In this document: in pieces, positions 63,804 to 64,000 of the stretch
Position numbering within the stretch: position 1 is the first letter of the stretch
Layout: every line of letters begins with the position of its first letter
Source: Eledone cirrhosa
Lineage: Eukaryota
NCBI GenBank assembly: GCA_964016885.1
Contig: CAXHJY010001562.1
Coordinates: forward strand, 33,520 to 97,519
Length of the DNA stretch: 64,000 bases
Direction: 5' to 3'
Made by a program: the position numbers and the translations under genes
The notes under the pieces: model-generated
Database searches by the model: none
Told to the model about the DNA's origin: nothing
What the model saw: only the letters and a program-made list of their open reading frames with translations

Positions 63804-64000
63804 GGAACGAGTAGGAACCCGACGGCTGAGCTCAAGTCATTTCGACGGCTAATTCTGGACGAATTCAGTCCAGAATTAGCCGTCGAAACGGCTTGAGCTC
63901 AGCCGTCGGGGTCCTACTCGTTCCTATTACCCACTCTACTACCCTAAGTATTGAGTACTTTGGTGCGTTATGGTCCACCTGGTTCCTTACCACATTTCCT
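63801..64000. mobile_element. (TA)n-embedded terminal-hairpin element, copy 6 (Wnt10 last intron)
   Basis: Hairpin 63801-63927 (~60-bp arms), then the tail to the window edge; preceded by (TA)n. Confidence 0.8.

Noticed and set aside
63860-63900. Hammerhead ribozyme within the main hairpin family
   Set aside because: GAAAC is present but no copy has CTGANGA, so no ribozyme is called; the Penelope link rests on architecture and the tail motif only.

Overview
Eukaryotic, AT-rich, microsatellite-saturated animal DNA. The SINE families, (TA)n/(CA)n load and gene structures suggest a coleoid cephalopod (octopod-like); this taxon call is inference. Five spliced genes were reconstructed by hand with GT-AG junctions and consistent phases: BMP5-8/BMP7 (+, 6 coding exons, apparent 1-nt frameshift in the first), WDR41 (+, 14 exons), sorbitol dehydrogenase SORD (-, 9 exons), a two-exon type I membrane mucin with no recognisable family domain (-), and the terminal exon of Wnt10 (-). 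Introns and intergenic DNA hold two tRNA-derived SINE families, RTE-type LINE fragments, piggyBac-, Tc1- and hAT-type MITEs and many minisatellites. The most unusual signal is a set of short elements embedded in (TA)n tracts. One family (6 copies) ends in a long hairpin whose two arms change together from copy to copy. Several related elements carry intact or decayed minimal type I hammerhead ribozyme motifs of the Penelope-like retroelement kind. Most ORFs in the supplied track are microsatellite artefacts.
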